From: a virus
Taxonomy: Duplodnaviria; Caudoviricetes
Reading direction: 5' to 3' (one strand)
DNA: 25,946 nt
Virus record (IMG/VR): IMGVR_UViG_3300005805_000425
Location: 1-25,946 of that record
Both the position numbers and the translations under genes were made by a program. The notes beneath the pieces are model-generated. The model saw nothing but the letters and a program-made list of their open reading frames with translations. It did no database searches and was not told where the DNA came from. This document shows positions 17,380 through 25,946 of the stretch, in pieces (the stretch's first letter is position 1; the number at the start of each line of letters is the position of its first letter).

Positions 17380-18990
17380 ATGCCAACGCAAATTACAAGA
17401 AAATCTGGTTATAACAACGCAAGAACTTGGAAAGATGTAATTCAAAATTCGTCTACCAATGCTTGTCCTGTCTACTATATTTCAATTGGAAATCATGTTC
17501 CATATGCGAATGAATCTTCGCCAAATTCAATAGTTGATACTATTGCCGAAGAAAAACTCTTTTGGGATAATATGTTTGCTGCAAAAAGAGTAACTGGAAA
17601 TGATGTTGAAATGGTTGTTCCAAAAGTAAACTGGTCTGCAAATGTAAAATATAGACAGTATGACGACACAATCATACTGTCGGATTTAGTCTCTACAAAT
17701 ACCGCACAAAATTTAAATCCGATGTATGTAATTACATCAGAAAGAAATGTTTACAAATGTCTTTCAAATAATTCATCTGCGAATTCTACAGTTGAACCGA
17801 GTGGTAATTACACCACATCAAATGGTAATATTGCAACAGCAGATGGGTATATTTGGAAATACATGTATAATATAAAACCATCTAACAAATTCTTGACCGA
17901 TGAATGGATTCCAGCGCCAATTTCAGTCGATGCACTCGATTATGGTACTAGTAATACAGGAATTGTTGATGGAGAATTAACTACAATTATCGTTACAGAT
18001 CCTGGTGTAAACTATAGGCAGGCTGCAAACATTCGTGTTGATGCTTTTTCCTCAGGACAAACTACCCTTAGATTATCAAATACAACTCTTACTTTAGGTA
18101 TTTTCAATATTCCAGCTCTTTCAAACTTGGCAAATATGTCAATTTCTGGAACAGGAATACCTTCTTCTGTTCATATTGAATCAATTGCAAACACAACAGG
18201 TGTAATTACTCTTTCTAGTCCAACAACCTCTTTTGGCGGAAATGCAAATAATATTACAATTTCAACTAGAGTTTATATTGACGGAACTGGAACTGGTGCA
18301 GAAGCCAACGCAACACTATCAAACACTTCATCTGGCATCAGTTCGGCAAATGCAAATGTTTCAAAAATTACAGTAACTACAATTGGTACTGGTTACTCAA
18401 CCGCAAATGTATTCATTTACGGATCAGGATCTGGTGCAAACGCTCGTGTGATTCTGTCCCCAAAATTTGGCCATGCATATAATCCTGCAAGAGAACTTTT
18501 ATCAAATAGTGTAATGATGGCAATTCGTGTTGGTGAAGCAGATTCAACTGAAGCAGGATTAATATCGGTAGATACATCATTTAGACAATTAGGTCTTTTC
18601 CGAGACCCACATAAATATGGACAGAATACGAGAGTTATTTTATCAACGGCTAATTCTGTTATTTCTCAAACTACAGATTTGAGTGTTGTTGCCGGACTTG
18701 GTTACACACTTAACGAAAAAGTGTATCAAGGATCTCCGTCAAATCCAAGTGCATTTGGTTTTGTAAATGCACAAACCTCAAATGAAGTAAGACTAACTAA
18801 AGTAAAAGGTACTTTTGTTTCTGGTTTAAGTTTAATTGGAGAAACTTCTGGTATTTCAAGAACGGTAGTTACAATAACACCGCCAGAATTTCAACCTTAT
18901 ACTGGAGATGTTTTGTATATTGAAAACGATGTTAAGACCGATAGAGCAGACGGTCAAGCAGAAAATTTAAAATTTATTGTTAAGTTCTAG
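17380..18990 (+). CDS. 8: Baseplate wedge subunit gp8
   Basis: W.NM.A.KR....D...V.P...W, Y..YD, YV.....NVYKCL.N, DGY.WKYMY.I, KFLT..W.P, FRQ.GL..DP, GD.LY.EN.....R...Q.E..K....F. Confidence 0.9.
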   Translation: MPTQITRKSGYNNARTWKDVIQNSSTNACPVYYISIGNHVPYANESSPNSIVDTIAEEKLFWDNMFAAKRVTGNDVEMVVPKVNWSANVKYRQYDDTIILSDLVSTNTAQNLNPMYVITSERNVYKCLSNNSSANSTVEPSGNYTTSNGNIATADGYIWKYMYNIKPSNKFLTDEWIPAPISVDALDYGTSNTGIVDGELTTIIVTDPGVNYRQAANIRVDAFSSGQTTLRLSNTTLTLGIFNIPALSNLANMSISGTGIPSSVHIESIANTTGVITLSSPTTSFGGNANNITISTRVYIDGTGTGAEANATLSNTSSGISSANANVSKITVTTIGTGYSTANVFIYGSGSGANARVILSPKFGHAYNPARELLSNSVMMAIRVGEADSTEAGLISVDTSFRQLGLFRDPHKYGQNTRVILSTANSVISQTTDLSVVAGLGYTLNEKVYQGSPSNPSAFGFVNAQTSNEVRLTKVKGTFVSGLSLIGETSGISRTVVTITPPEFQPYTGDVLYIENDVKTDRADGQAENLKFIVKF

Positions 18991-18998
18991 GACAAAAT

Positions 18999-21900
18999 AT
19001 GGCATTAGTTCAAAATTTTAATGTAAATCCTTACTACGATGATTATAATGAGGATAAAAAATTCCTCAGAATGTTATTTCGTCCTGGGTATGCAATTCAG
19101 GCTCGTGAATTAACTCAATTACAAACAATTCTTCAAAAACAAGTTTCTCGTTTTGGTAAACATGTCTTTAGAAATGGCTCTGTTGTAACTGGTGGTGAAG
19201 TTTCTATTTCATCAACAATTCTTTATCATAAATTAGAAACTACTGATACTTTAGGCAATGATATTGATGTAAACAATTTTTTAAACAAAAATATTGGTAA
19301 TGCTCACGCACTTATTTCTCAAGGAAGTTTAGGTAAAGTTGTTGCCGTTACAGAGGCAACCGATACAGATCCTCCAACTATTTTTGTAGAATATAAAACT
19401 GCATTGACTTTGATGGATGGTGAAACTATTTTTACCATTGGAGATAATCAATTTCAAGCAAAATTAATTTCTTCTGATTCAACTGGTCGTGCCAGTATTG
19501 CATATATTAATGATGGTGTTTACTTCATTGATGATTTTTTTGTTAAAGTAACTGCACAAACTTTAATTCTTGAAAAGTATACAAATTTAGCAACATATCG
19601 TATAGGTGTAACTTATGATGAATCTATTGTTGATGAAACAACAGATTCTTCTCTATTAGATCCTGCACTAAACGCATCTAATTATCAGGCACCTGGTTCA
19701 ACAAGATACAAAGTTGAATTAACCCTAGAAAAAAGATCTCTCACTTCAATTGATGATACAAAATTTGTTGAATTAGTTCGAATTGAAAGTGGTCAAGTTA
19801 CTTTAAGAAATAGTTATCCTCTTTATGCTGATTTAGAAAGAACACTTGCACGGCGAACATATGATGAATCTGGCAACTATACAGTAAGACCATTTACGAT
19901 TTATTTGACTGATCATGTTCCTGCAAACACTCAGAACGCATCAAATTCTTCACTCTTTACTGCTAAACTTAGTGAAGGTAAAGCATATGTTCGTGGTTTT
20001 GAAATTGAAACTCTTTCCCCAACAAACTTAGAAATTGAAAGATCAAGAGAAAAAGCAGGAGTTTCAAATTACGATATTGATGCAAATTATGGTAACTATA
20101 TTGTAACATCAAATGTATCTGGACCGATTGATGTTAGTTCAATGCAAATTGTTGACATGCATTGCGTTGACATAGGAAATGTATCAACAGCAAATGCAAC
20201 AACATACAATTCTACAAAAATTGGTACAATAAGACTTCGTGAAATTGAATATGTATCGGCTGCAAATACTCAAAGAGCTAACACATATAGTTACAACATG
20301 TATACCTATGATTCTAGATTCACAGGTATAACCGCAAATGCAAACACAACAGGTTCAGCAACAACAATTGTTCTTGCTGGCCAAGGCGCTGCATCTAATG
20401 TTGCAAACGCATATTTGGGTGCGACAGTTCGGATTTCTGCTGGATATGGTGCGGACAATGTAAGTCACACAATTGTCAATTACAATCCGTCAACAAAAAC
20501 TGCTACAATTTCAGGCACCTTTGCAACAATACCTTTAAGTAATTCTATCTACACCATCGATTTTAATAACAAAGATATTCTTTCTTTTGCAACTACAAAT
20601 TCTACAAATGCAATTGTATTTTCTGCAAATGTAAGCAGTTCAAGTATAGATTCTTTAACTGGTGACACATATTTTTCTGATACTGATTTTAAATCATTAG
20701 TATTCAGAGTTCCACAAAGTTTTATTAGTTTTGGTATGAGCGATCAAGATTTTCGTGGTCGTGTTGTATTTAAAAATCAAACAGTTACAGCTGGCGTTCT
20801 TTCAATTTCTACTGGTTCAGCCAATAATGTATTTGTTGGATCTGGCGCACTTTCAGATGCACAAAAACTTGAACATTTCTATGTAATTGCCAACAACGCC
20901 GCAACCGCACCAGAATTTACAAATAATCAGGCTATACCTCTTGTTGGATCTGGAAGAACAATTACAGTTTCTACATCAACAGCAACACTTGACTTTAATA
21001 CTGCAAATTCATTTACTGCTGATATTTTGGCAACAATCGATTTTAATAGCACTTCAGCAAAAACTAAAACATTAGTAAGTGCAAATACAACAAATGTTGC
21101 TGTAACTGGTGGAACAACAATTAGTGGTACAACAGTTTATTTGACACATGGCCAAGTTGCAATATCTACACCAAATAAAACTCCAGGTCAACCAGATTCA
21201 CTTTACATTTCTGATGTATATAAATTAGAAGATTTATTTGAAGAAAATTATGCATCTCTATTTGTTACAATTGATGGCGAATCTGTGCGTTCATCATTTA
21301 AAGTTATAGATTCAAAAGATCCATCTACAGCAGTAACAGTTGCAGATTTGTCAGATACATCAAAAGATATTACAGCAAGATATACATTGGATGATGGTCA
21401 AAAAGATGGTTATTATGATCATGGCGCAATTGTTTTAAAACCAGGCGCATCACCACCAACAGGACAGCTTCTTGTTTTAGTGAATTATTTTACTCACGCT
21501 GGTTCAGGTTATTTTACCGTTGATTCTTATAACAATTCTTCTTTAGGTGCAACAGAAGATATTCGTTATGCAAAAATACCTAACTTTACAAGCCCAACAA
21601 CTGGTGATGTTTTTAAACTTAGAGATTGCGTTGATTTTAGACCAATTAGAACAAACGCATCTAGCACCACACCAAACTTTACTTTATCTGGCATTTCAAT
21701 ACCAAAACCAGGTGAAGCATTAGAATCTGATTATGATTATTATTTGGCAAGAATTGATAGACTTGTATTGAAAGAAAATAAAAAATTTGAAGTTATTAAA
21801 GGCATATCAGGTTTAAATCCACAAACACCACCTGAGCCAGATAATTCAATGAGTTTATACACAATTCGTGTAAACCCATATACTTTCTTTCCTTCAGATA

Positions 21901-24602
21901 CAAAAGTTCGTTTCATTGAAAATAAACGATACACAATGCGAGACATTGGTCGTTTAGAAAAACGAATTGAGAATCTTGAGTATTATACTTCTCTGAATAC
22001 CCTTGAAAAATCTGCACAAGACTTGGTTGTTCTTGATGATGCTGGGTTGACTAGATTTAAAAATGGTATTCTTGTAGATTCTTTCCGTGGTCACCAAGTT
22101 GGTGATGTAAAGAATTTAGATTATGTTTGTTCGATGGATTTTGAAGTTGGCGAATTGCGCCCTTCATTTAATTCAAATAGTATTTCGTTTGTTGCAAATA
22201 CAACTTTAACAACTGCTACTGTTGGTGCAGGCACAATTTATACTGCGCCTTACAGCGTTGTTAAGGCAATCGAGCAGAATGTTGCAACAGGTGGTGTTGT
22301 TGTAAATCCGTTTACTTTATCAAACTATGTTGGTACACTAGATCTTTTCCCTGCTGGAGATTTTTGGATTGATACTCAAACAAGACCTGATGTTCTTGTA
22401 AATCTTGAAGGTGAAAATGATGCATGGGCACAAATTGGTAAAGCATTAGAAGATGGTCGTCAGGCAGGTTGGGGCAATCAATGGGGCGACTGGAATACAT
22501 TTGTAAGTGGTACAAGTCAAACAACTGTAACAGATAGAGAAAATAGAACTGTTGGATATTATGATTATCAAGATACAGTTAGAAAGACAACAACCACAAC
22601 ATACTATTCGCAAGAAAGATTTGGTACAAGAACAACATTAGTTCCAGAACGCATTTCAAAGAAAATTGGAAATCGTCAAGTTGATCTTTCTGTAATTCCT
22701 TATGTTCGTGCTCAATGGATTATTGCTTCTGCAAAAGGATTAAGACCAAATCAATATCATTATTTGTTTGCTGAACAAGGTGATGTAAATGTAACAAAAT
22801 ACATTGAATATCCAACCGTTCTTTGGTTGTATGATGTAACTGGCGATTTTAATGACAAATATGGTGTATATGAAACCATTACCTCAACAAGTGGTGGTAC
22901 TGCAAGAGTTGTCAATCAGTCAAATCGCTCATGGTCTTTAGAACAACCATACTTGCATGTAGTTGATTGCCGTGGTGATTTTAATACAGGTGATACAATT
23001 ACTGGCTCTGTAAGTGGTTCAACTGCGAAAATTGATGTATTGTTTTGGAATAATGGTAATGTTGTTTCATCAACTGCAAATACAATCACATTGGCATCTA
23101 GCGCAGAATATGATAATGTTTATGTTGATATAGTTGCTGCATATGCAAACATTTCATTTGCAAATACTAGAACCAAGTTTCTTGAAGATCCAAAAGAACT
23201 TACTGAATTTTATAAAATTAGAATCACTTCTGGAACAGGCATTGGCCAAGAAAGAACGATTACAAAATATGATGGTAACACAAAAATTGCAAATGTTTCG
23301 GTTGATTGGACCGTTAGGCCAGACAGCACATCTAGATGGACTGTAGGTAAACCTCAATCTGACGATCATGGTAAAATGAGTGGTCGTTGGTATTTGGCAA
23401 ACTATGGTCAAACAGCATATGATAGTGGATTTAGAAGTAGAACTGGTGCAAGATTGATTCGTCTTGCAAACGATTCAAATAATAATCCAGATAACATTAA
23501 CTCTTTTGCTGAAGAATATTGGCAGGCACAAGGTGTATTAAATGTAGTAGAAGATGTTTCTGTTTCTGTTCGTGTTCCAACAGCACAAAGTCAAAGAATA
23601 TATGAGAAAAATGACAACTATAGAAATACAAGTGTTGTTAACAGAGAAATTTTAGGAACTACTCTTGTTGCAGATAGAACTCCACCGCCAGAACCACCAC
23701 CGCCGCCGTCAGGAGGGTGTTCAAATCCACCAAATACGACCAATAGTTATGGAACATATCGTCAAGGTATGGTTTTGAGATATGCCAATGGATATGTTCA
23801 ACCTGATAATAAGATATTCTTAAGCACTTCAGGTTCAGATATTGCTTTCACTAGTTATCTTAATACAGTAAATGGATGGTACAACACATATATTGGTAGA
23901 AATGGTGATGAAGGTGGAATGAGATATTGGGTTGGTCAACTTTATTTACCTAGAAGTGCTAGTGTAGTTGAAGCAGAATTTGTTGGTGCTGCTCAACAAG
24001 AATTGCGTAACGGAAGAGTTACAAACACATATACTTATTGTGAATATCAAGCAATTATAGCGCCACCACCACCGCCACCGGCACCACCACCACCGCCACC
24101 ATCAGGCGGAGGCGGATCTGGATGTAAGATTATTTGTACCAAACTTCACGAATTAGGTTATCTGCCTGATGAAATATTTGAGGCCGATCAGTTGTTTGGC
24201 GAATGGTTGCGTGAAACTGATCCTTATGCATATTACGGATATATTAAGTGGGCATCTGTTGTTGTTGATTGGATGGAAAAAGATGGTCCACAATGTATGT
24301 TTTGGATTCGTGATAAAGAAAAAAGAAACCAAAAGCAAAAAGAAATGGCAATTCGTTGGGCAAGAAAGATTGCAACACCTTGGGCGCAACATATGGCATA
24401 TAAGATGGGCGTTCTAGAAAACGACAGTCGTGCTGGTAAAGCAATTATGAAAACTGGTTTGTTTATAAGTCGCATGATTGGTAAACTAACAAAGACAGAT
24501 AGACCAACAAAATCAGTTGCGATTGGATATGCAATGTGGGCATCTTTTGCGTTGTTCTGGTTACTTGCAAATTTGAAAGACAAAAAGACACAAGGAAATT
24601 AA
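18999..24602 (+). CDS. Large virion structural protein, VrlC/DUF4815-like N-terminal part, with a modular C-terminal extension
   Basis: FNV.PYYDD....K.F.R.LFRPG...QARELTQLQ.ILQ.Q, LARRTYDESGNY.V.PF, GKAYV.G.E, YYLARID, NKRYTMRDIG.LEKRI.NLEYYT.L..LE, RFKNG..VD.F. Confidence 0.85.
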   Translation: MALVQNFNVNPYYDDYNEDKKFLRMLFRPGYAIQARELTQLQTILQKQVSRFGKHVFRNGSVVTGGEVSISSTILYHKLETTDTLGNDIDVNNFLNKNIGNAHALISQGSLGKVVAVTEATDTDPPTIFVEYKTALTLMDGETIFTIGDNQFQAKLISSDSTGRASIAYINDGVYFIDDFFVKVTAQTLILEKYTNLATYRIGVTYDESIVDETTDSSLLDPALNASNYQAPGSTRYKVELTLEKRSLTSIDDTKFVELVRIESGQVTLRNSYPLYADLERTLARRTYDESGNYTVRPFTIYLTDHVPANTQNASNSSLFTAKLSEGKAYVRGFEIETLSPTNLEIERSREKAGVSNYDIDANYGNYIVTSNVSGPIDVSSMQIVDMHCVDIGNVSTANATTYNSTKIGTIRLREIEYVSAANTQRANTYSYNMYTYDSRFTGITANANTTGSATTIVLAGQGAASNVANAYLGATVRISAGYGADNVSHTIVNYNPSTKTATISGTFATIPLSNSIYTIDFNNKDILSFATTNSTNAIVFSANVSSSSIDSLTGDTYFSDTDFKSLVFRVPQSFISFGMSDQDFRGRVVFKNQTVTAGVLSISTGSANNVFVGSGALSDAQKLEHFYVIANNAATAPEFTNNQAIPLVGSGRTITVSTSTATLDFNTANSFTADILATIDFNSTSAKTKTLVSANTTNVAVTGGTTISGTTVYLTHGQVAISTPNKTPGQPDSLYISDVYKLEDLFEENYASLFVTIDGESVRSSFKVIDSKDPSTAVTVADLSDTSKDITARYTLDDGQKDGYYDHGAIVLKPGASPPTGQLLVLVNYFTHAGSGYFTVDSYNNSSLGATEDIRYAKIPNFTSPTTGDVFKLRDCVDFRPIRTNASSTTPNFTLSGISIPKPGEALESDYDYYLARIDRLVLKENKKFEVIKGISGLNPQTPPEPDNSMSLYTIRVNPYTFFPSDTKVRFIENKRYTMRDIGRLEKRIENLEYYTSLNTLEKSAQDLVVLDDAGLTRFKNGILVDSFRGHQVGDVKNLDYVCSMDFEVGELRPSFNSNSISFVANTTLTTATVGAGTIYTAPYSVVKAIEQNVATGGVVVNPFTLSNYVGTLDLFPAGDFWIDTQTRPDVLVNLEGENDAWAQIGKALEDGRQAGWGNQWGDWNTFVSGTSQTTVTDRENRTVGYYDYQDTVRKTTTTTYYSQERFGTRTTLVPERISKKIGNRQVDLSVIPYVRAQWIIASAKGLRPNQYHYLFAEQGDVNVTKYIEYPTVLWLYDVTGDFNDKYGVYETITSTSGGTARVVNQSNRSWSLEQPYLHVVDCRGDFNTGDTITGSVSGSTAKIDVLFWNNGNVVSSTANTITLASSAEYDNVYVDIVAAYANISFANTRTKFLEDPKELTEFYKIRITSGTGIGQERTITKYDGNTKIANVSVDWTVRPDSTSRWTVGKPQSDDHGKMSGRWYLANYGQTAYDSGFRSRTGARLIRLANDSNNNPDNINSFAEEYWQAQGVLNVVEDVSVSVRVPTAQSQRIYEKNDNYRNTSVVNREILGTTLVADRTPPPEPPPPPSGGCSNPPNTTNSYGTYRQGMVLRYANGYVQPDNKIFLSTSGSDIAFTSYLNTVNGWYNTYIGRNGDEGGMRYWVGQLYLPRSASVVEAEFVGAAQQELRNGRVTNTYTYCEYQAIIAPPPPPPAPPPPPPSGGGGSGCKIICTKLHELGYLPDEIFEADQLFGEWLRETDPYAYYGYIKWASVVVDWMEKDGPQCMFWIRDKEKRNQKQKEMAIRWARKIATPWAQHMAYKMGVLENDSRAGKAIMKTGLFISRMIGKLTKTDRPTKSVAIGYAMWASFALFWLLANLKDKKTQGN
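23682..24125 (+). repeat. Two GC-rich poly-Pro/Gly linker repeats flanking a ~114-aa module
   Basis: CCA/CCG runs at 23682-23720 (PPPEPPPPPSGGC) and 24063-24125 (PPPPPPAPPPPPPSGGGGSGC). Confidence 0.85.
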
Positions 24603-24603
24603 T

Positions 24604-25946
24604 ATGGCAGTAGCATTTATTGATCCAGTAGCACAAACATTTTTTGTTGATGCAGCAACATATCCAAAAGGTATGTTTGTGCATAGTGTTGACTTGGTTT
24701 TTAAACAAAAAGACACTATTACATATCAACCTTTTACGGTTCAACTAAGACCAACACTTAATGGTTTTCCTCATGCATCATTAATTCATAGTAGTGCGGC
24801 CATTGGTCAAGTTAGTTTGAATCCTGATAAAATTAATACTGTAACTGGTGTTGGTTCTGATATACCAAATTTTGGCAATTCAAGTAAATATACTCGCTTT
24901 CAATTTCCTGCTCCAGTTTTTCTGTTACCAGGTGAACATGCGCTTGTTTTATTTTCGCCATCTGATAACTATGAATTGTTTATTTCAGAAGTTGGTGGCA
25001 CAAGATTAGATGGTACTGATCGCCGAGTTGAAAAACAACCTTACATTGGATCTTTCTTTAAATCGCAAAATGGATCAACATATACAGCATTTCAAGATTT
25101 AGATTTAATGTTTAGAATAAATGCTTGTGATTTTACAGAAGGTTCTTCTGATATTATTCTTGATAATAAAGCACCAACAACAAATGTTGATTTTGATCTA
25201 ATTAAAATTACAACACAAGAATTAAATTTTGCAGATACTTTAACAAACTATTTTCACAAATTAACTGACGATTCAACAAGAACACTGGCAAGTGTGTATA
25301 CAGGAATTATTGCTGATACAGATTCATATCTCGATTCTCGACAAATTGCTAGAAGCACCGCAGACAGAGATGCCGTAATTAGAGTTCAATTACAAACTGC
25401 CGATGATACAGTATCACCAATGGTTGATACATCACGAATTCATATGATTGCAGTTAAAAATATTGTCAATGATTGTGGTTTGCCAAATACAATTTTTTCA
25501 ATAACAAATGGCGGATCAGGATATACTGCGAATGTGGCTGCAACAATCACTGGAGTAAAAGGTTCCGGTGCTACCGCTGTTGCAGTTGCAAACACAATTA
25601 CACAAAAAATTGAAAGTATTGCAGTCACTTCACCTGGTTCAGGTTACACCGAAGGCATTACAGTTACGATTGCTGCACCACCAGTTCTTTCAGGAAACAC
25701 TACTGCAACGGCAACTGCATCAGGTGAGACTGATAGTAAAGGCGGTCCTGCACTTGCAAGATATATTACTCGTAAAGTAAATCTTGCAGATGGTTTTGAT
25801 TCAAATATGATTCGTGTTTATTTGACTGCATATCAACCACCAGAAGCAACGATTGAAGTTTACTACAAAGTATTGGCAGATGAAGATCAGACTAACTTTG
25901 CTGATCGGCCATATGTTCGCATGTTAAATGTAGAACAGGGTGATGA
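24604..25946 (+). CDS. VrlC/DUF4815-like C-terminal part (3'-truncated by the window)
   Basis: Not in the ORF track. ATG at 24604 with AAGGA 7 nt upstream; open to the window end. Translates MAVAFIDPVAQTFFV...GMF..SVDL.F..K...T.F.F..PVFL.PGE.A...QPY.GSFFKSQNGST.T..Q..DLMF...ARYITRKV.L...VYYK. Confidence 0.85.
   Translation, partial: MAVAFIDPVAQTFFVDAATYPKGMFVHSVDLVFKQKDTITYQPFTVQLRPTLNGFPHASLIHSSAAIGQVSLNPDKINTVTGVGSDIPNFGNSSKYTRFQFPAPVFLLPGEHALVLFSPSDNYELFISEVGGTRLDGTDRRVEKQPYIGSFFKSQNGSTYTAFQDLDLMFRINACDFTEGSSDIILDNKAPTTNVDFDLIKITTQELNFADTLTNYFHKLTDDSTRTLASVYTGIIADTDSYLDSRQIARSTADRDAVIRVQLQTADDTVSPMVDTSRIHMIAVKNIVNDCGLPNTIFSITNGGSGYTANVAATITGVKGSGATAVAVANTITQKIESIAVTSPGSGYTEGITVTIAAPPVLSGNTTATATASGETDSKGGPALARYITRKVNLADGFDSNMIRVYLTAYQPPEATIEVYYKVLADEDQTNFADRPYVRMLNVEQGD

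Noticed and set aside
24123-24602. Intein/Hint domain after the GGGGSG-C linker
   Set aside because: No block B TxxH and no terminal His-Asn followed by Cys/Ser/Thr; the domain looks helical and ends in a hydrophobic tail.
24595-24610. Stop-codon readthrough or pseudogene at the VrlC split
   Set aside because: The two ORFs are in different frames, there is no clear slippery site, and the downstream ORF has its own RBS with intact motifs.
1-25946. tRNA, rRNA, CRISPR array, introns or alternative genetic code
   Set aside because: Intergenic gaps are all under ~70 bp, no repeat-spacer arrays are visible, and core genes translate full length in the standard code using TAA, TGA and TAG stops.

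Overview
The window is a gene-dense, AT-rich segment of a T4-like myovirus genome, closer in layout to the aquatic cyanophage/'far-T4' types than to coliphage T4. It has three blocks. (1) A + strand replication/late-transcription block: partial hypothetical, gp33, a prolyl-4-hydroxylase-like 2OG-Fe(II) oxygenase, gp59, a HAD nucleotidase, gp32 and a terminator. (2) A - strand block: gp4, gp2, gp54/tail-tube-like, gp26, a small gp51-like ORF and a tape-measure-like protein carrying a lytic transglycosylase domain. (3) A + strand baseplate block: gp48, gp53, hub protein, gp5, PAAR, gp25, gp6, gp7, gp8 and a VrlC/DUF4815-like giant structural protein that appears split into two genes. The two strongest leads are a candidate programmed -1 frameshift fusing gp26 to the gp51-like ORF directly upstream of the tape-measure gene (lambda G/GT-like), and the split VrlC-like gene, whose first half ends in poly-Pro-delimited modules and a Cys-initiated, membrane-anchor-like terminal domain. 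All family calls come from motif recognition and synteny, not from database searches.
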